Below, piece by piece: positions 19,103-28,627 of a DNA stretch of 64,000 nucleotides (position 1 is the first letter of the stretch; the number at the start of each line of letters is the position of its first letter). Under the pieces are notes generated by a model. The model saw only the letters and a list, made by a program, of their open reading frames with translations, had not been told where the DNA came from and made no database searches. The position numbers were made by a program, and so were the translations under genes. The DNA is from Patescibacteria group bacterium (lineage in GTDB: Bacteria > Patescibacteriota > Minisyncoccia > Phycocordibacterales > JBBTRF01), in NCBI GenBank assembly GCA_038065315.1, contig JBBTRF010000001.1:464458-528457 (forward strand), given 5' to 3'.

Positions 19103-19915
19103 TTATTTCCCCATAGTATAAAGGCGCTTAACCTCGGCTGAGGAGAGAGTGCGATTATAGATCCGGACCTCATCAATTTCACCCAAGTAGTCATTGTTAC
19201 AAACACTGTCACCGATGCGCAATGGCGCCGCATTGACGAGATCGAGGATATCCACACCTGATGCACTATTGTCGAACACGCCATCAACATAGGCGCTGAG
19301 CGTTACACCATCCCGGACAGCCACTCCATGATGCCACTCCCCGTCATTTACGACGGCATTACTTGCTACGCAGGTCAAATTACCTAGAGCATCATCTATG
19401 CAGGCCGAAAATGTACCGGCTGCAATATCGACCTCCCAGAAACTATCATTGAGGCAGACATCGCGAACAGAAACAAGACGCACGCCGCCACCAGCAAAGG
19501 TCGTTTTGAACCAAACTGAGACTGAAAATGGACCTGTGCCGAAATCGTAGGAAGAAACATTCTCTCCTTCTAAATAATCAATTGCGCCGTCTTCAAAGTT
19601 GAGACCTTGTCCGATCCTTCCAGGCACTAGTGCGGTAGTGGTCGGCATATCGATCATAAAGAGATTATTACCAATACCACTGCGATCGTACACCGTCCCG
19701 CCAATCATGTCCGGGCCATTGAAAGACCAGTATCCCGTCAATCCACCTCTAAGGGTCGCGTCAGGGGTAGTATTCACTTTCAATCGGGTCAGGGAAGCCA
19801 TCACCTTCGATGTCCACGAATTAGAAAGGAACGTCCAGCTAGCCTCTACCGTAATCGGCAGAAACCAGCAAGAGAGACTGAGAAGAAGGACGCTGATCGC
19901 GGAGTGGTACTTCAT
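19103..19915 (-). CDS. Secreted LamG/concanavalin-like domain protein
   Basis: Signal peptide; GYWSF, SVSVWFK, DGEWHH, YVDG, GEIDEVRIYNRTLS. Confidence 0.88.
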   Translation of the reverse strand: MKYHSAISVLLLSLSCWFLPITVEASWTFLSNSWTSKVMASLTRLKVNTTPDATLRGGLTGYWSFNGPDMIGGTVYDRSGIGNNLFMIDMPTTTALVPGRIGQGLNFEDGAIDYLEGENVSSYDFGTGPFSVSVWFKTTFAGGGVRLVSVRDVCLNDSFWEVDIAAGTFSACIDDALGNLTCVASNAVVNDGEWHHGVAVRDGVTLSAYVDGVFDNSASGVDILDLVNAAPLRIGDSVCNNDYLGEIDEVRIYNRTLSSAEVKRLYTMGK

Positions 19916-19917
19916 AG

Positions 19918-21720
19918 CTATTGTTGTGGATCAGAAGGGCTGAAAGGATTCGCGACGATTACCGTGCGCGTCGAGGTTGCGGCATTGCCAGATAGATCAG
20001 TCGCTACGTAGGTAATGATGTAGTTTCCGACGGCGGCGGTGTCGATTTGATCACCCGAAACAACAACGGAGAGATTGTTGTCCCGATTGTCGGCCACGAG
20101 TGCACCAAGATCGGAATACACTGCACCGACCAGAAGGTTGGCTGGATTGTTTCCTTGGATGGTGATTGTCGGGGGCTCAATATCGGGTGCCAAGACCAGC
20201 GCAGGAGCGTCAACTACAGCAGGAGAGGTCGAGGAGATACTCGTACCGCCATAGCTTCGGAGAAGTGCCTTGAGCTGCTCTTTCTCTATGCACACATCAT
20301 CGACACATAGACGCTGGCTGACACGAAGTGTATCGGAAGTTGGGACAGAGACGGAAGATAGGGTGTTGTTTCGGATCGAATTGATCTGCGCTTGCTGCTC
20401 TTGGATTGCCCTTACGAGAACTGGGGTTAATTCTTCATACCGAACACCTCGAGGGGTAATGCCGTCAATTTCAGTAAATATCAGTCTTGAATCGACGCGT
20501 GCCACCTCTTCCGCAATGAAACCGAAGCGGGACTCATTGTTGCTATTTGAATTAAACGTGATCGGCCGCAGCTGGCCGATGAGAGTAAGAGCTGGACCAT
20601 CAAACGTCTCTATGTTGTGTTTGAAGCGAGCAGAAGAAACAGTGCAATTGGTGGCACCCGTGTTCACTAAAATTTCCTTTGTCGACGCATTAATACAGAC
20701 CGCGTCCGAAGTCGCACTTGCTAGAGTCAAGCCATCTACGGCCATCGACCCCACCACTGAAAGTGTCTTCCAAGGAGAAGTGCTGGCAACGCCCACTCTT
20801 CGGCTCCAGGACGGCACCGCGCCGGCGCCATCTGACTCTGCATACACGGTGAAAAGCGAGTTGCCGTCGATCCTAGCCGAGTAACTCTCGACCGTGCTGG
20901 AAGCGGCAGTGGCAGTGATGGGCATATCGATCCAGGCAACAATCCCGGCGTTGGTATCAAAGGTCATTGGACCAACCTGAAGATCGTCCACCGAGGTGAC
21001 GCCGCTCGAAAAATCATACTGAAAGGATCCGCCGCCAACAGAGAGACCTCCCGATAACGTGGAAGTAGCGGTAGTTGAAGTGGCGCTTAAATTGCGGAAA
21101 ACTCCCTCGCCTATCACAGAGAGCTTCGCGTAGGGAGAGGTGGTGCCAATGCCAATATTTCCCGCCTGACTCACAAACAGACTCGAAGTCGCCGTCAGCG
21201 TCGTCCCCGAGCCGTTGTAGAAAGGAAACTGACCTTGGGTGCCTGAATTCACCGTCCCAGACCCACCGCTTCCGGAAATACAAGTACCTCCCACAGCGAA
21301 GCAACCGGCAGCCAGATTAATGCCGCCAGTTCCGTAAAAAGTCGTGGTAGCAGTAGTAAAATTAGCCAAGCTCCCGATGGAAAGAATGCTCCCAGGCGTG
21401 GTGGTACCGATACCGACGTATCCACCGGAATTAACAATGAAATCGGTCTGCGTGGAAGATCCAATCGCAAAAGATGGCCCGCTGATGCCACTCGGATTGA
21501 TAGAAAACAAACCCCACGGCGAGGTGGTAGAGACACCGAAATTCCCAGACGCAGTTGAAGCATTCACCTGGAGCACAATACAACTAGCATTAGTCGGCGC
21601 ACAGCCTGGATCCAGTGTTTCGCCCGGCGCAAATGAGGCGGAAACGCTCGATGGGAGGGCGAAAAAAGAAACAGATGCACTGAAACAAACAAACGCGCTT
21701 GTGAAAAGAAAGCGTCTCAT
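19918..21720 (-). CDS. Secreted fibre-like protein with GIGTTSP repeats, peptidase S74 intramolecular chaperone domain and C-terminal Ig-like (DUF5011-type) domain
   Basis: Signal peptide; SSARFKHNI...LRPITF...GFIAEEV...VRYEELTPVLVRAIQEQQ; PPTITIQGNNP...YSDLGA. Confidence 0.82.
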   Translation of the reverse strand: MRRFLFTSAFVCFSASVSFFALPSSVSASFAPGETLDPGCAPTNASCIVLQVNASTASGNFGVSTTSPWGLFSINPSGISGPSFAIGSSTQTDFIVNSGGYVGIGTTTPGSILSIGSLANFTTATTTFYGTGGINLAAGCFAVGGTCISGSGGSGTVNSGTQGQFPFYNGSGTTLTATSSLFVSQAGNIGIGTTSPYAKLSVIGEGVFRNLSATSTTATSTLSGGLSVGGGSFQYDFSSGVTSVDDLQVGPMTFDTNAGIVAWIDMPITATAASSTVESYSARIDGNSLFTVYAESDGAGAVPSWSRRVGVASTSPWKTLSVVGSMAVDGLTLASATSDAVCINASTKEILVNTGATNCTVSSARFKHNIETFDGPALTLIGQLRPITFNSNSNNESRFGFIAEEVARVDSRLIFTEIDGITPRGVRYEELTPVLVRAIQEQQAQINSIRNNTLSSVSVPTSDTLRVSQRLCVDDVCIEKEQLKALLRSYGGTSISSTSPAVVDAPALVLAPDIEPPTITIQGNNPANLLVGAVYSDLGALVADNRDNNLSVVVSGDQIDTAAVGNYIITYVATDLSGNAATSTRTVIVANPFSPSDPQQ

Positions 21721-21732
21721 GGATGCGGTTAA

Positions 21733-23679
21733 TTATAGCACGACCTTTTCTTCGATCACGCCGTTTTTTGCCAAAAATACGGGCGATGTGTGGACAAGAG
21801 TATATGTCTCGTCGGGATTTTTCTTCTCCACCGTGAGGTAGTACTCGCCCGGCGGCACCAAGGCATAGAAATGGCCGAGACGGTCTGTCACTTTGTGTAG
21901 TAACTCTTGGTTTGGGCCGGCAATATATACGCGGATGATCGCAAAGGCAATTGGCAAATCCGTGGAGCTATCCATCACGCTGGCAAATGCCTTTTTCTTG
22001 GCACCAAAGATTCTCAAGAGGAGTAGGCAAACATAGAGAGCGAAGATGGCGATGTTGTATGGAGCCGGTGCTGCCCAGAATGCAAGGACGGCCACGAAAA
22101 AGCCGACGGAGAAGGAAGCGTCGGTGATGCGCTTTTTGATGAGGTCGCGCTTCGAGTAAAAACGCGAAATCTGCTGTTGTGATTTAGCAAATTCATTCCA
22201 ATCGAAATTCACGGGGTCCAGCGGGATGTTTTTGATGAGTACTCCGCCCGCTTCCAAGGCAGTGATCGGTTCACCGAAATAAAGGTCTGAGTAGAGCTCA
22301 TCCGCCATCTTTCCGGCCAATTTCTTCGAGGGAAATGTGTAGTTGGTCTTGTTGGCGACCATGGTGTATGTGCCGGACGCGAGCAAGAAGCCATAGCGGC
22401 CATCGAGGTCGGTAATCGACGTATTGACCTCGTTCCCCTTCTCATCTTGCAAGACCACGTACGCGGGGTCGAGCGGCTGCTTGGTAACGCTGTCATACAC
22501 AGTACCCCACGGACGAGAACGTTTTTTCAGGCCAAAAGCCCCGAGCAAGATTCCCCACAATCGGAGTGGGATGAGAAACAGCTCGGAAAATGACAGCGGG
22601 TTCAAGAAAAGCGATGAAACGCTGGCCGCACCCGCGCCGACCACGCCCGCCGTCGACACCGTCTTGGTCACCACCGAGCCAGTTGGACTCTGGATCACTT
22701 CTTTTGTCTCCTCCGCCACAACCTTTACCGTCTCTTGGGCGAATTCATAGCTTTGCTTTACCTGCTCGACAGCACCGGAGACGATTTGCGTGACCGCACC
22801 TCCTCCGCCGCCACCGCCACTCGAACCGGAGCCTGAACCTGAAGAGCCGCTACTACCGCTATCACCACCAAAAAAGTTGGCGATGCTCGAAAAGACACTA
22901 TCGACAGTCGCGGCCACGGACTCGACGGCCGACTCAACCACCGATGGAGTTTCTGCCTCGGCCGGAGGGGCTTCAGATGGAGTATCTTCTGGTGGCGCCA
23001 CATCGGGAGCTGGCGCCGGAGACTCTGCCGGAGCTTCAGATGGTGCCGGTGAGGACTCCGCCGCTGGCGCAGACGACTCTGAAGAAGAGCTACTAGATTC
23101 TCCGCTACTGCTCGAGCTTGAACTCGAACCTGATCCGGAACCACCACCCCCTCCGCCGCCACCACCACCGCCGCCACCTGAAGAAGCACCGCGAACGCTC
23201 GCAGGGCGCCAATCTGTGGCCACATTAAATGAACCCGAGCCGCAGGTGCTGTTTGTGCTGCAATTAAACACGATCCAGCCAGTGTTTTGACCCCAAGCGT
23301 AGCCGGAAAAGACTCCCGAAGAGCTGATCACGACTCGAACACCGCTGGCGGATGGATGGAAATTAATCCAGCCAGTGTTTTGGCCCCAAGCGTAGCCGGA
23401 AAGATTGCCGCTACCGTCATTTACCACCCCGTAGCCAGTCGGATTAAGGTTGATCCAGCCATAGTAGTCGCTCCACACGTAGCCGGTCATCGCGCTGTCG
23501 GTGACGTGCACATCTCCTTCCGTCGTGCCGAAATTGAACGTACCGAAATTGGTATCAACGGCCTTGGCATAGAAATTTCCTGGCTCAATGATGCCGTTGG
23601 TGTCTGAGGCGTGCACAGAAATCGAGCCAGACGAAAGGATAGACAGCACAACCAAAAGAAAGAGGGCGACTCTTGTCAT
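21733..23679 (-). CDS. Membrane-anchored surface protein with GYAWG repeats and carboxypeptidase-regulatory-like domains
   Basis: Signal peptide; repeated SGYAWGQNTGWI; Gly/Ser/Pro linkers; WGTVYDSVTKQPLDPA, TDLDGRYGF; TM helices. Confidence 0.8.
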   Translation of the reverse strand: MTRVALFLLVVLSILSSGSISVHASDTNGIIEPGNFYAKAVDTNFGTFNFGTTEGDVHVTDSAMTGYVWSDYYGWINLNPTGYGVVNDGSGNLSGYAWGQNTGWINFHPSASGVRVVISSSGVFSGYAWGQNTGWIVFNCSTNSTCGSGSFNVATDWRPASVRGASSGGGGGGGGGGGGGSGSGSSSSSSSSGESSSSSSESSAPAAESSPAPSEAPAESPAPAPDVAPPEDTPSEAPPAEAETPSVVESAVESVAATVDSVFSSIANFFGGDSGSSGSSGSGSGSSGGGGGGGAVTQIVSGAVEQVKQSYEFAQETVKVVAEETKEVIQSPTGSVVTKTVSTAGVVGAGAASVSSLFLNPLSFSELFLIPLRLWGILLGAFGLKKRSRPWGTVYDSVTKQPLDPAYVVLQDEKGNEVNTSITDLDGRYGFLLASGTYTMVANKTNYTFPSKKLAGKMADELYSDLYFGEPITALEAGGVLIKNIPLDPVNFDWNEFAKSQQQISRFYSKRDLIKKRITDASFSVGFFVAVLAFWAAPAPYNIAIFALYVCLLLLRIFGAKKKAFASVMDSSTDLPIAFAIIRVYIAGPNQELLHKVTDRLGHFYALVPPGEYYLTVEKKNPDETYTLVHTSPVFLAKNGVIEEKVVL

Positions 23680-23741
23680 ACTTCCCTATTCTACCGCGCT
23701 ACTGCAAAATGCGGAACGGATATCTCGCTAGCAGCAAAAAA

Positions 23742-24272
23742 CTAGAACCCACTGAACATTGCCATCATCATCCACATAAACAAAATGACGCAGAGGATGA
23801 TCACCCCTGGAGAAAGTCGGCCGCCGCGCTTCAAAAGTGGGCTGTTCTCACGCTCGAGGCAAGTGAGTACGATTACAAATGAAGAGAATGCGATGACCGC
23901 GAGAGAGCTGAGTGATTTATAGAGAATTGCTTTATCGGTAATAATCTCCCAAATGCTACAGACCCCGAGAAATGCGAGAAGAACGGCCGAAACGATGAGA
24001 GCGCCGAGAGTGGCAATGCGCACAATCCTGAAGGTCGGATTTGGCACCGCGGGAACAGGAGGGTTCAGAGGATCTACCGCCTCTCCGCCGCCAACAAAAC
24101 GCCCGGCCACCATCACTACCACTGCAACAACGGCCAAAATACCGAGGGTCGCAAATGATTTCGAAATAACCTCTTTGTTAAAAACGTCCCAAACCCCAAG
24201 AATAGAAATGAGGGACAGGACACTCACGGCTCCAATAAAGATTCCCGAAGCGATATTTTGAATGGTTTTCAT
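23742..24272 (-). CDS. Hypothetical membrane protein with an internal duplication
   Basis: Two similar hydrophobic halves (LGVWDVF..KSFATL / LGVCSIWEII..KSLSSL); start approximate. Confidence 0.7.
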   Translation of the reverse strand: MKTIQNIASGIFIGAVSVLSLISILGVWDVFNKEVISKSFATLGILAVVAVVVMVAGRFVGGGEAVDPLNPPVPAVPNPTFRIVRIATLGALIVSAVLLAFLGVCSIWEIITDKAILYKSLSSLAVIAFSSFVIVLTCLERENSPLLKRGGRLSPGVIILCVILFMWMMMAMFSGF

Positions 24273-24365
24273 AAAGGAAATTGTACGTCGGTACCCGGAA
24301 ATTGGCAATGGAAAGAAAAACGGACACCTTTCGGCGTAATGTGGGGATACGCAGGTGTCCGTCGG

Positions 24366-24551
24366 TTAGAAGAAAGAAGAAACAGTAGGGTTGGTTTCGT
24401 CGGGTTCCTTTTTTCTGTTAACTCTCAAGTCGTCGCCCGAGCGCAAAAGCATCAGGTCCGACCTGCCTATAGGTGTACAAGGCCTCGGAAGATATTCCGC
24501 CACGTCGGCCACATCACAACCAAAGGTTGTGGCCTTTTTCTCCCTTGCCAT
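24366..24551 (-). CDS. Small hypothetical protein
   Basis: Upstream TTGACA at 24595-24590 and downstream hairpin plus T-tract (24316-24362) bracket the ORF. Confidence 0.4.
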   Translation of the reverse strand: MAREKKATTFGCDVADVAEYLPRPCTPIGRSDLMLLRSGDDLRVNRKKEPDETNPTVSSFF

Positions 24552-24607
24552 CTTGCAACCCACTCAATCTTGGCCTTTCAGCGCCGATTTGTCAAAATTT
24601 CTGACAA

Positions 24608-24874
24608 CTAGCCCCACAAGTCGCTATGCGTACCCACGTCGACAAGCAAGTAGAAGGAGTTTTCAATCTCCCTGTATAGTATTCGATAGTCGCCAGTTGC
24701 GTTGATACTGCGACAATCCTTGTTTCTGCCTAATAATTTATGATTGTTGAGAATCGGACTGAATTCATCTTGCACGAAAATTCTGAGCCGATCCGAGACC
24801 TTCTCCCGGATCTTGAGTGGCAGTTTTCTGAAGTGCCGTTCGAATTCCGATGATCTAATAATAGTAACTGCCAT
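24608..24874 (-). CDS. RelE/YafQ-family mRNA interferase toxin
   Basis: SSEFERHFRKL...LNNHKLLG...RSINATGDYRILY...DVGTHSDLW. Confidence 0.9.
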   Translation of the reverse strand: MAVTIIRSSEFERHFRKLPLKIREKVSDRLRIFVQDEFSPILNNHKLLGRNKDCRSINATGDYRILYREIENSFYLLVDVGTHSDLWG

Positions 24875-24889
24875 TTCGAAAGAACAGAA

Positions 24890-25162
24890 TTAGGAGTTAA
24901 GATCAGCCAAAAGGTCTTCGATATCGGTGAACTTCTTCAACTTTCCTGAAGCGAGCTCCTTTTCCGCAATCTCGATAGACCGAAGAAGTCTTCGTGTCGG
25001 TCGAAGATTCATCGAGAAAGACACCTCCTTCGTGCGCACAAATTGCCTCAAATACGCATTTACGATCGTACCAAGCTGAAAACCGAGCTCCTCAGCTGTT
25101 TTTTGAGCAGCTACCTTCAATCTTTTATCTACTTTTGTTGTCATAAGCGTAGTAGTATTCAT
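24890..25162 (-). CDS. RelB/DinJ-family antitoxin
   Basis: KVDKRLKVAAQKTAEELGFQLGTIVNAYLRQFVR; upstream palindrome TATACCTAGGTATA and TTGACA. Confidence 0.88.
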   Translation of the reverse strand: MNTTTLMTTKVDKRLKVAAQKTAEELGFQLGTIVNAYLRQFVRTKEVSFSMNLRPTRRLLRSIEIAEKELASGKLKKFTDIEDLLADLNS

Positions 25163-25201
25163 ATACCAAAGTATATACCTAGGTATAGTATCTGTCAACA
25201 A

Positions 25202-25231
25202 AGAAAAAACCGCTTCCCAGCGGTTTTTTCT
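25202..25231. terminator. Bidirectional terminator downstream of rpsG
   Basis: AGAAAAAACCGCT-TCCC-AGCGGTTTTTTCT. Confidence 0.75.
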
Positions 25232-25241
25232 AATCGCGGAG

Positions 25242-25333
25242 AGGAGCTTTTTCAAAGGGACTGCGGAGCGCGACTGGCGCGAGCCGGAGCAAAATTTCAC
25301 CAGAAATTTATGCGTACCCTTTGAAAAACTCCT
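25242..25333 (+). repeat. Structured intergenic element, copy E4 of 5
   Basis: AGGAGCTTTTTCAAAGGG / CCCTTTGAAAAACTCCT stem; GCGC-GACTG-GCGC and AAATTTC-ACCA-GAAATTT hairpins. Confidence 0.8.
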
Positions 25334-25340
25334 TGTAGCG

Positions 25341-25811
25341 CTACCAAGCGAAGTGCGCAAACGCCTTGTTGGCCTCTGCCATCTTGTGAGTGTTCTCACG
25401 CTTCTTCACGGCCTCGCCTTCGTTCTTCATGGCGAGCATGATCTCTTCCGCGAGCTTCAAGTGCATTGGCTTGCCCTTCTTCGCTCGAGCAGCATCAACA
25501 ATCCACTTGATCGAGAGCGCCTGTCGTCGGTCTGGTCGGACTTCGATTGGTACCTGATAGTTGGCGCCTCCCACACGACGAGATTTCACCTCCACCATCG
25601 GTGCAGTGTTCTTCAGCGCGTTCTCAAAATACTCCAAAGGATTTTCTACCTTAGCAGTCTCCTTGATAGTGTCGAATGCTCCGTACACAATCTTTCGAGC
25701 GGCATTCTTCTTACCTCGCTCCATACAATAGTTGATCAACTTCCCTACTTTCTGGGAGCTGTACACGCTGTCAGGGGATACGATATTACGATTTTTGGCT
25801 TTTCGTCTCAT
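25341..25811 (-). CDS. rpsG: 30S ribosomal protein S7
   Basis: [25 protein letters not shown]. Confidence 0.99.
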   Translation of the reverse strand: MRRKAKNRNIVSPDSVYSSQKVGKLINYCMERGKKNAARKIVYGAFDTIKETAKVENPLEYFENALKNTAPMVEVKSRRVGGANYQVPIEVRPDRRQALSIKWIVDAARAKKGKPMHLKLAEEIMLAMKNEGEAVKKRENTHKMAEANKAFAHFAW

Positions 25812-25822
25812 TGGAGTATGGA

Positions 25823-26239
25823 TTATTTAGCGGCTTTTGGCTTCTTCATACCGTATTGGCTTCGACCCTTTCGTCGTGTTTCTACACCACCTGAGTCGAG
25901 CACGCCTCGAACAATAGTGTATCGGAGACCGACATCCTTTACTCGTCCGCCTCGGAGAAGTACCACTGAGTGTTCCTGGAGGTTGTGGCCGATACCTGGG
26001 ATGTATGCGGTGACTTCCATACCGTTGGTAAGTCGCACTCGGGCGATCTTGCGGATCGCTGAGTTTGGCTTCTTTGGAGTCTTGGTCGTAACCTTGACGC
26101 ATACTCCTCGCTTAAATGGCGAGTAGAAGAATCGAGGCTTGTTCTTGAGCGTATTGAAGCTCTTGGTCAAGGCGATCGCCTTTGACTTTCGGTAGAGCTT
26201 GACTCGCTTGCGGCGCACCAATTGATTGATGGTTGGCAT
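25823..26239 (-). CDS. rpsL: 30S ribosomal protein S12
   Basis: [28 protein letters not shown]. Confidence 0.99.
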   Translation of the reverse strand: MPTINQLVRRKRVKLYRKSKAIALTKSFNTLKNKPRFFYSPFKRGVCVKVTTKTPKKPNSAIRKIARVRLTNGMEVTAYIPGIGHNLQEHSVVLLRGGRVKDVGLRYTIVRGVLDSGGVETRRKGRSQYGMKKPKAAK

Positions 26240-26687
26240 AGTGAAATGCAAATAAATAAACCGATTTTAATAATGACGATGATTAAATTCTGCTTCGCCG
26301 CGCGGAGATCTGTGTGGCTTCACCCTTTGCTTCCGAGGATTACTCACAGATTCCTGATGGTTGTGGCTGAATTATGAAGCTTTTTGGAGCTTGGCGAGCT
26401 CAGGCGAACCTGTTGGGCCGCGCTTTGCTCCGAGAAAAGCGTCCCCGTACTCTACTATAGAGAGGGGTTTTGCGCAAATATAACGCCTTGAACCCCCCTG
26501 AAACACGGCAAGAGCGTTACGCGAGGAGGCGCGCGGTGTTTTTGAGTAGGTGCGGATTTTTCATACTTTCTCATACACATTCATACAAAGTATGAAAAAT
26601 CCGCAGGTACTCTTTTTCACTCCACCACCCCCCTCCAAAATGAAAGCCGCAGGATGTTGCACCTGCGGCGAGCTTTCGCTACCAAAC

Positions 26688-27560
26688 CTACTTCGCCATA
26701 GCGGCGTCCAACGTGTTCTGAAGAAGCATGGCAATAGTCATCGGACCGACTCCACCAGGGACCGGAGTAATGGCCGAAGCGATCAAGCAGACAGGACCGA
26801 AGTCCACATCTCCCGATGTTACGCCGTCGACGCGACTGATCCCAACATCAACGACCACCGCGCCAGGCTTCACAAACCCAAGCTTCACGAAACCCGACTT
26901 GCCAAGAGCGGTGACCAAAATATCGGCCTCCTTGCACACAGTCGCTAGGTCAGGTGTCTGCGAGTGCGCCACAGTGACCGTCGCATCACCCATCTCGCCC
27001 TTCATGAGAAACGCTGCGGCGAGCGGCTTGCCGACAATGGAGCTGCGACCGACGATGACCACACGCTTCCCTTTCGCGGTGATGCCGTTGCGGCGGAGCA
27101 ATTCGATAATCCCTCGCGGCGTGGCCGGAACAAAGCGCGGCGTGCCTCTCAAGAGCAAGCCTTGATTCTCCGGATGGAAGCCGTCAACATCCTTCAGCGG
27201 ATCGATAGCGGCGACCACCGCCTCGACATCAATGTGCGCCGGCAGGGGCAACTGAACGATGTAGCCGTGGATCTTTGGGTCGGCATTGTATTGCGCGATG
27301 AGCTTGAGTAACTCAGCTTGCGTGGTGGTCGCGGGACGAATATCCACGACGCTGTGGAAACCGGCGTTGCGAGCAGCTTCGCCCTTACTCTTCACATACA
27401 TTCGGCTGGCAGCGTCATTACCAAGCAAGATCACGGCCAGCCCGGGCTTGAAGCCAAGGGTACGCACGCCGTCGGCTATCTCGGCACGGATGTGCTGGGC
27501 GCAGGCCTTGCCGTCGAGAATGAGCGGTTTGTTCAGCGGTTGGGTAAATTCATATTGCAT
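26688..27560 (-). CDS. folD: Methylenetetrahydrofolate dehydrogenase/cyclohydrolase
   Basis: VQLPLP, KDVDGFHP, GRSSIVGKP, TPVPGGVGPMT. Confidence 0.96.
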   Translation of the reverse strand: MQYEFTQPLNKPLILDGKACAQHIRAEIADGVRTLGFKPGLAVILLGNDAASRMYVKSKGEAARNAGFHSVVDIRPATTTQAELLKLIAQYNADPKIHGYIVQLPLPAHIDVEAVVAAIDPLKDVDGFHPENQGLLLRGTPRFVPATPRGIIELLRRNGITAKGKRVVIVGRSSIVGKPLAAAFLMKGEMGDATVTVAHSQTPDLATVCKEADILVTALGKSGFVKLGFVKPGAVVVDVGISRVDGVTSGDVDFGPVCLIASAITPVPGGVGPMTIAMLLQNTLDAAMAK

Positions 27561-27627
27561 AATAGAGAGTGCTCCAATCCCATACTAGACCGTCGGGCGG
27601 AATAGTCAATGCGAGAAGCAACGAAAA

Positions 27628-28239
27628 TTAAAGTGTCAGTGGCACACCCATCAATAGAGCGAAGAGCTTGAACACGATCGGCTCAAAAAATTGCCAGAGG
27701 AAAAAGATGAAAAAGAGTGCCAGCATGAGCGAGTGACGCTCCAATTGCACTCGAACATGGCTGTATCGCTGCGGGATCAGGGCGAACAACAGCTTTGAAC
27801 CATCGAGTGGTGGCACAGGAGCGAGATTGAAAATGCCGAGCGTGATATTCACCAGCACGATCAGCCCAAACAAGGAGAAAGCTGCCTGATTGGCCACAAA
27901 ATGCGCCGCAACACCAAAGACCGCGGCCACAATAAAGTTCGACATTGGCCCGGCCAGTGCCACGAGAGCCTCACCCCAGCGAACATTAAAGGCACTTTTG
28001 CGGAAGTTATCCGGATTGAACGGCACTGGCTTCGCCCACCCAAAAGACACCCCCATGAGCGTCGTGATGATGGGGATAATGACTGAACCGATTGGATCGA
28101 GGTGTTTGATTGGATTCAGCGTGAGGCGGCCAGCATATTTCGCTGTTGGGTCACCCAAACGCAGCGCCATATAGCCATGAGATACCTCGTGGATTACGAC
28201 AGATAGTATGAGGACGGCCAGAGAAAAGAGGTTTAGCAT
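27628..28239 (-). CDS. Site-2 protease family (M50) membrane metalloprotease
   Basis: HEVSH, GRLTLNP, FNLAPVPPLDG. Confidence 0.93.
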   Translation of the reverse strand: MLNLFSLAVLILSVVIHEVSHGYMALRLGDPTAKYAGRLTLNPIKHLDPIGSVIIPIITTLMGVSFGWAKPVPFNPDNFRKSAFNVRWGEALVALAGPMSNFIVAAVFGVAAHFVANQAAFSLFGLIVLVNITLGIFNLAPVPPLDGSKLLFALIPQRYSHVRVQLERHSLMLALFFIFFLWQFFEPIVFKLFALLMGVPLTL

Positions 28240-28315
28240 GAAATTGGCGCTATAAAGCCTTGGAAACTTGCGCTTTTGTCAATGTATGATAGCATAACTG
28301 AACTAAATCACCCCC

Positions 28316-28558
28316 ATGGCGAAAATCTGCCCAATCACCAAGAAAACCTCAATCGTCGCTGGCGGCTATTCAAACCGTACTCGAGCTACTCAATACAACC
28401 CTACCGGTATGGTGCGAAAGTACCCAAACCTCCAGAAGAAGACTATTTACATCCCTGAATTGAAGAAGTCGATTCGACTCACCATTTCTACCAAGGCAAT
28501 CAAGACCATCAATAAGAACGGTGCGTACGCAACACTGAAGAAAGCGGGGTTGATTTAA
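28316..28558 (+). CDS. rpmB: 50S ribosomal protein L28
   Basis: MAKICPITKK...RKYPNLQ...ISTKAIKTI. Confidence 0.9.
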   Translation: MAKICPITKKTSIVAGGYSNRTRATQYNPTGMVRKYPNLQKKTIYIPELKKSIRLTISTKAIKTINKNGAYATLKKAGLI

Positions 28559-28627
28559 TCGGCCCGCAGGATTAGGATAGTCTCCAGACGGTCAACGAAG
28601 GCAAAACTTCACAGGAGAAAACAACGT

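Noticed and set aside
22790-23190. Low-complexity GC-rich repeats and a poly-Pro ORF on +
   Set aside because: Antisense shadow of Gly/Ser/Pro linkers in the minus-strand surface protein.
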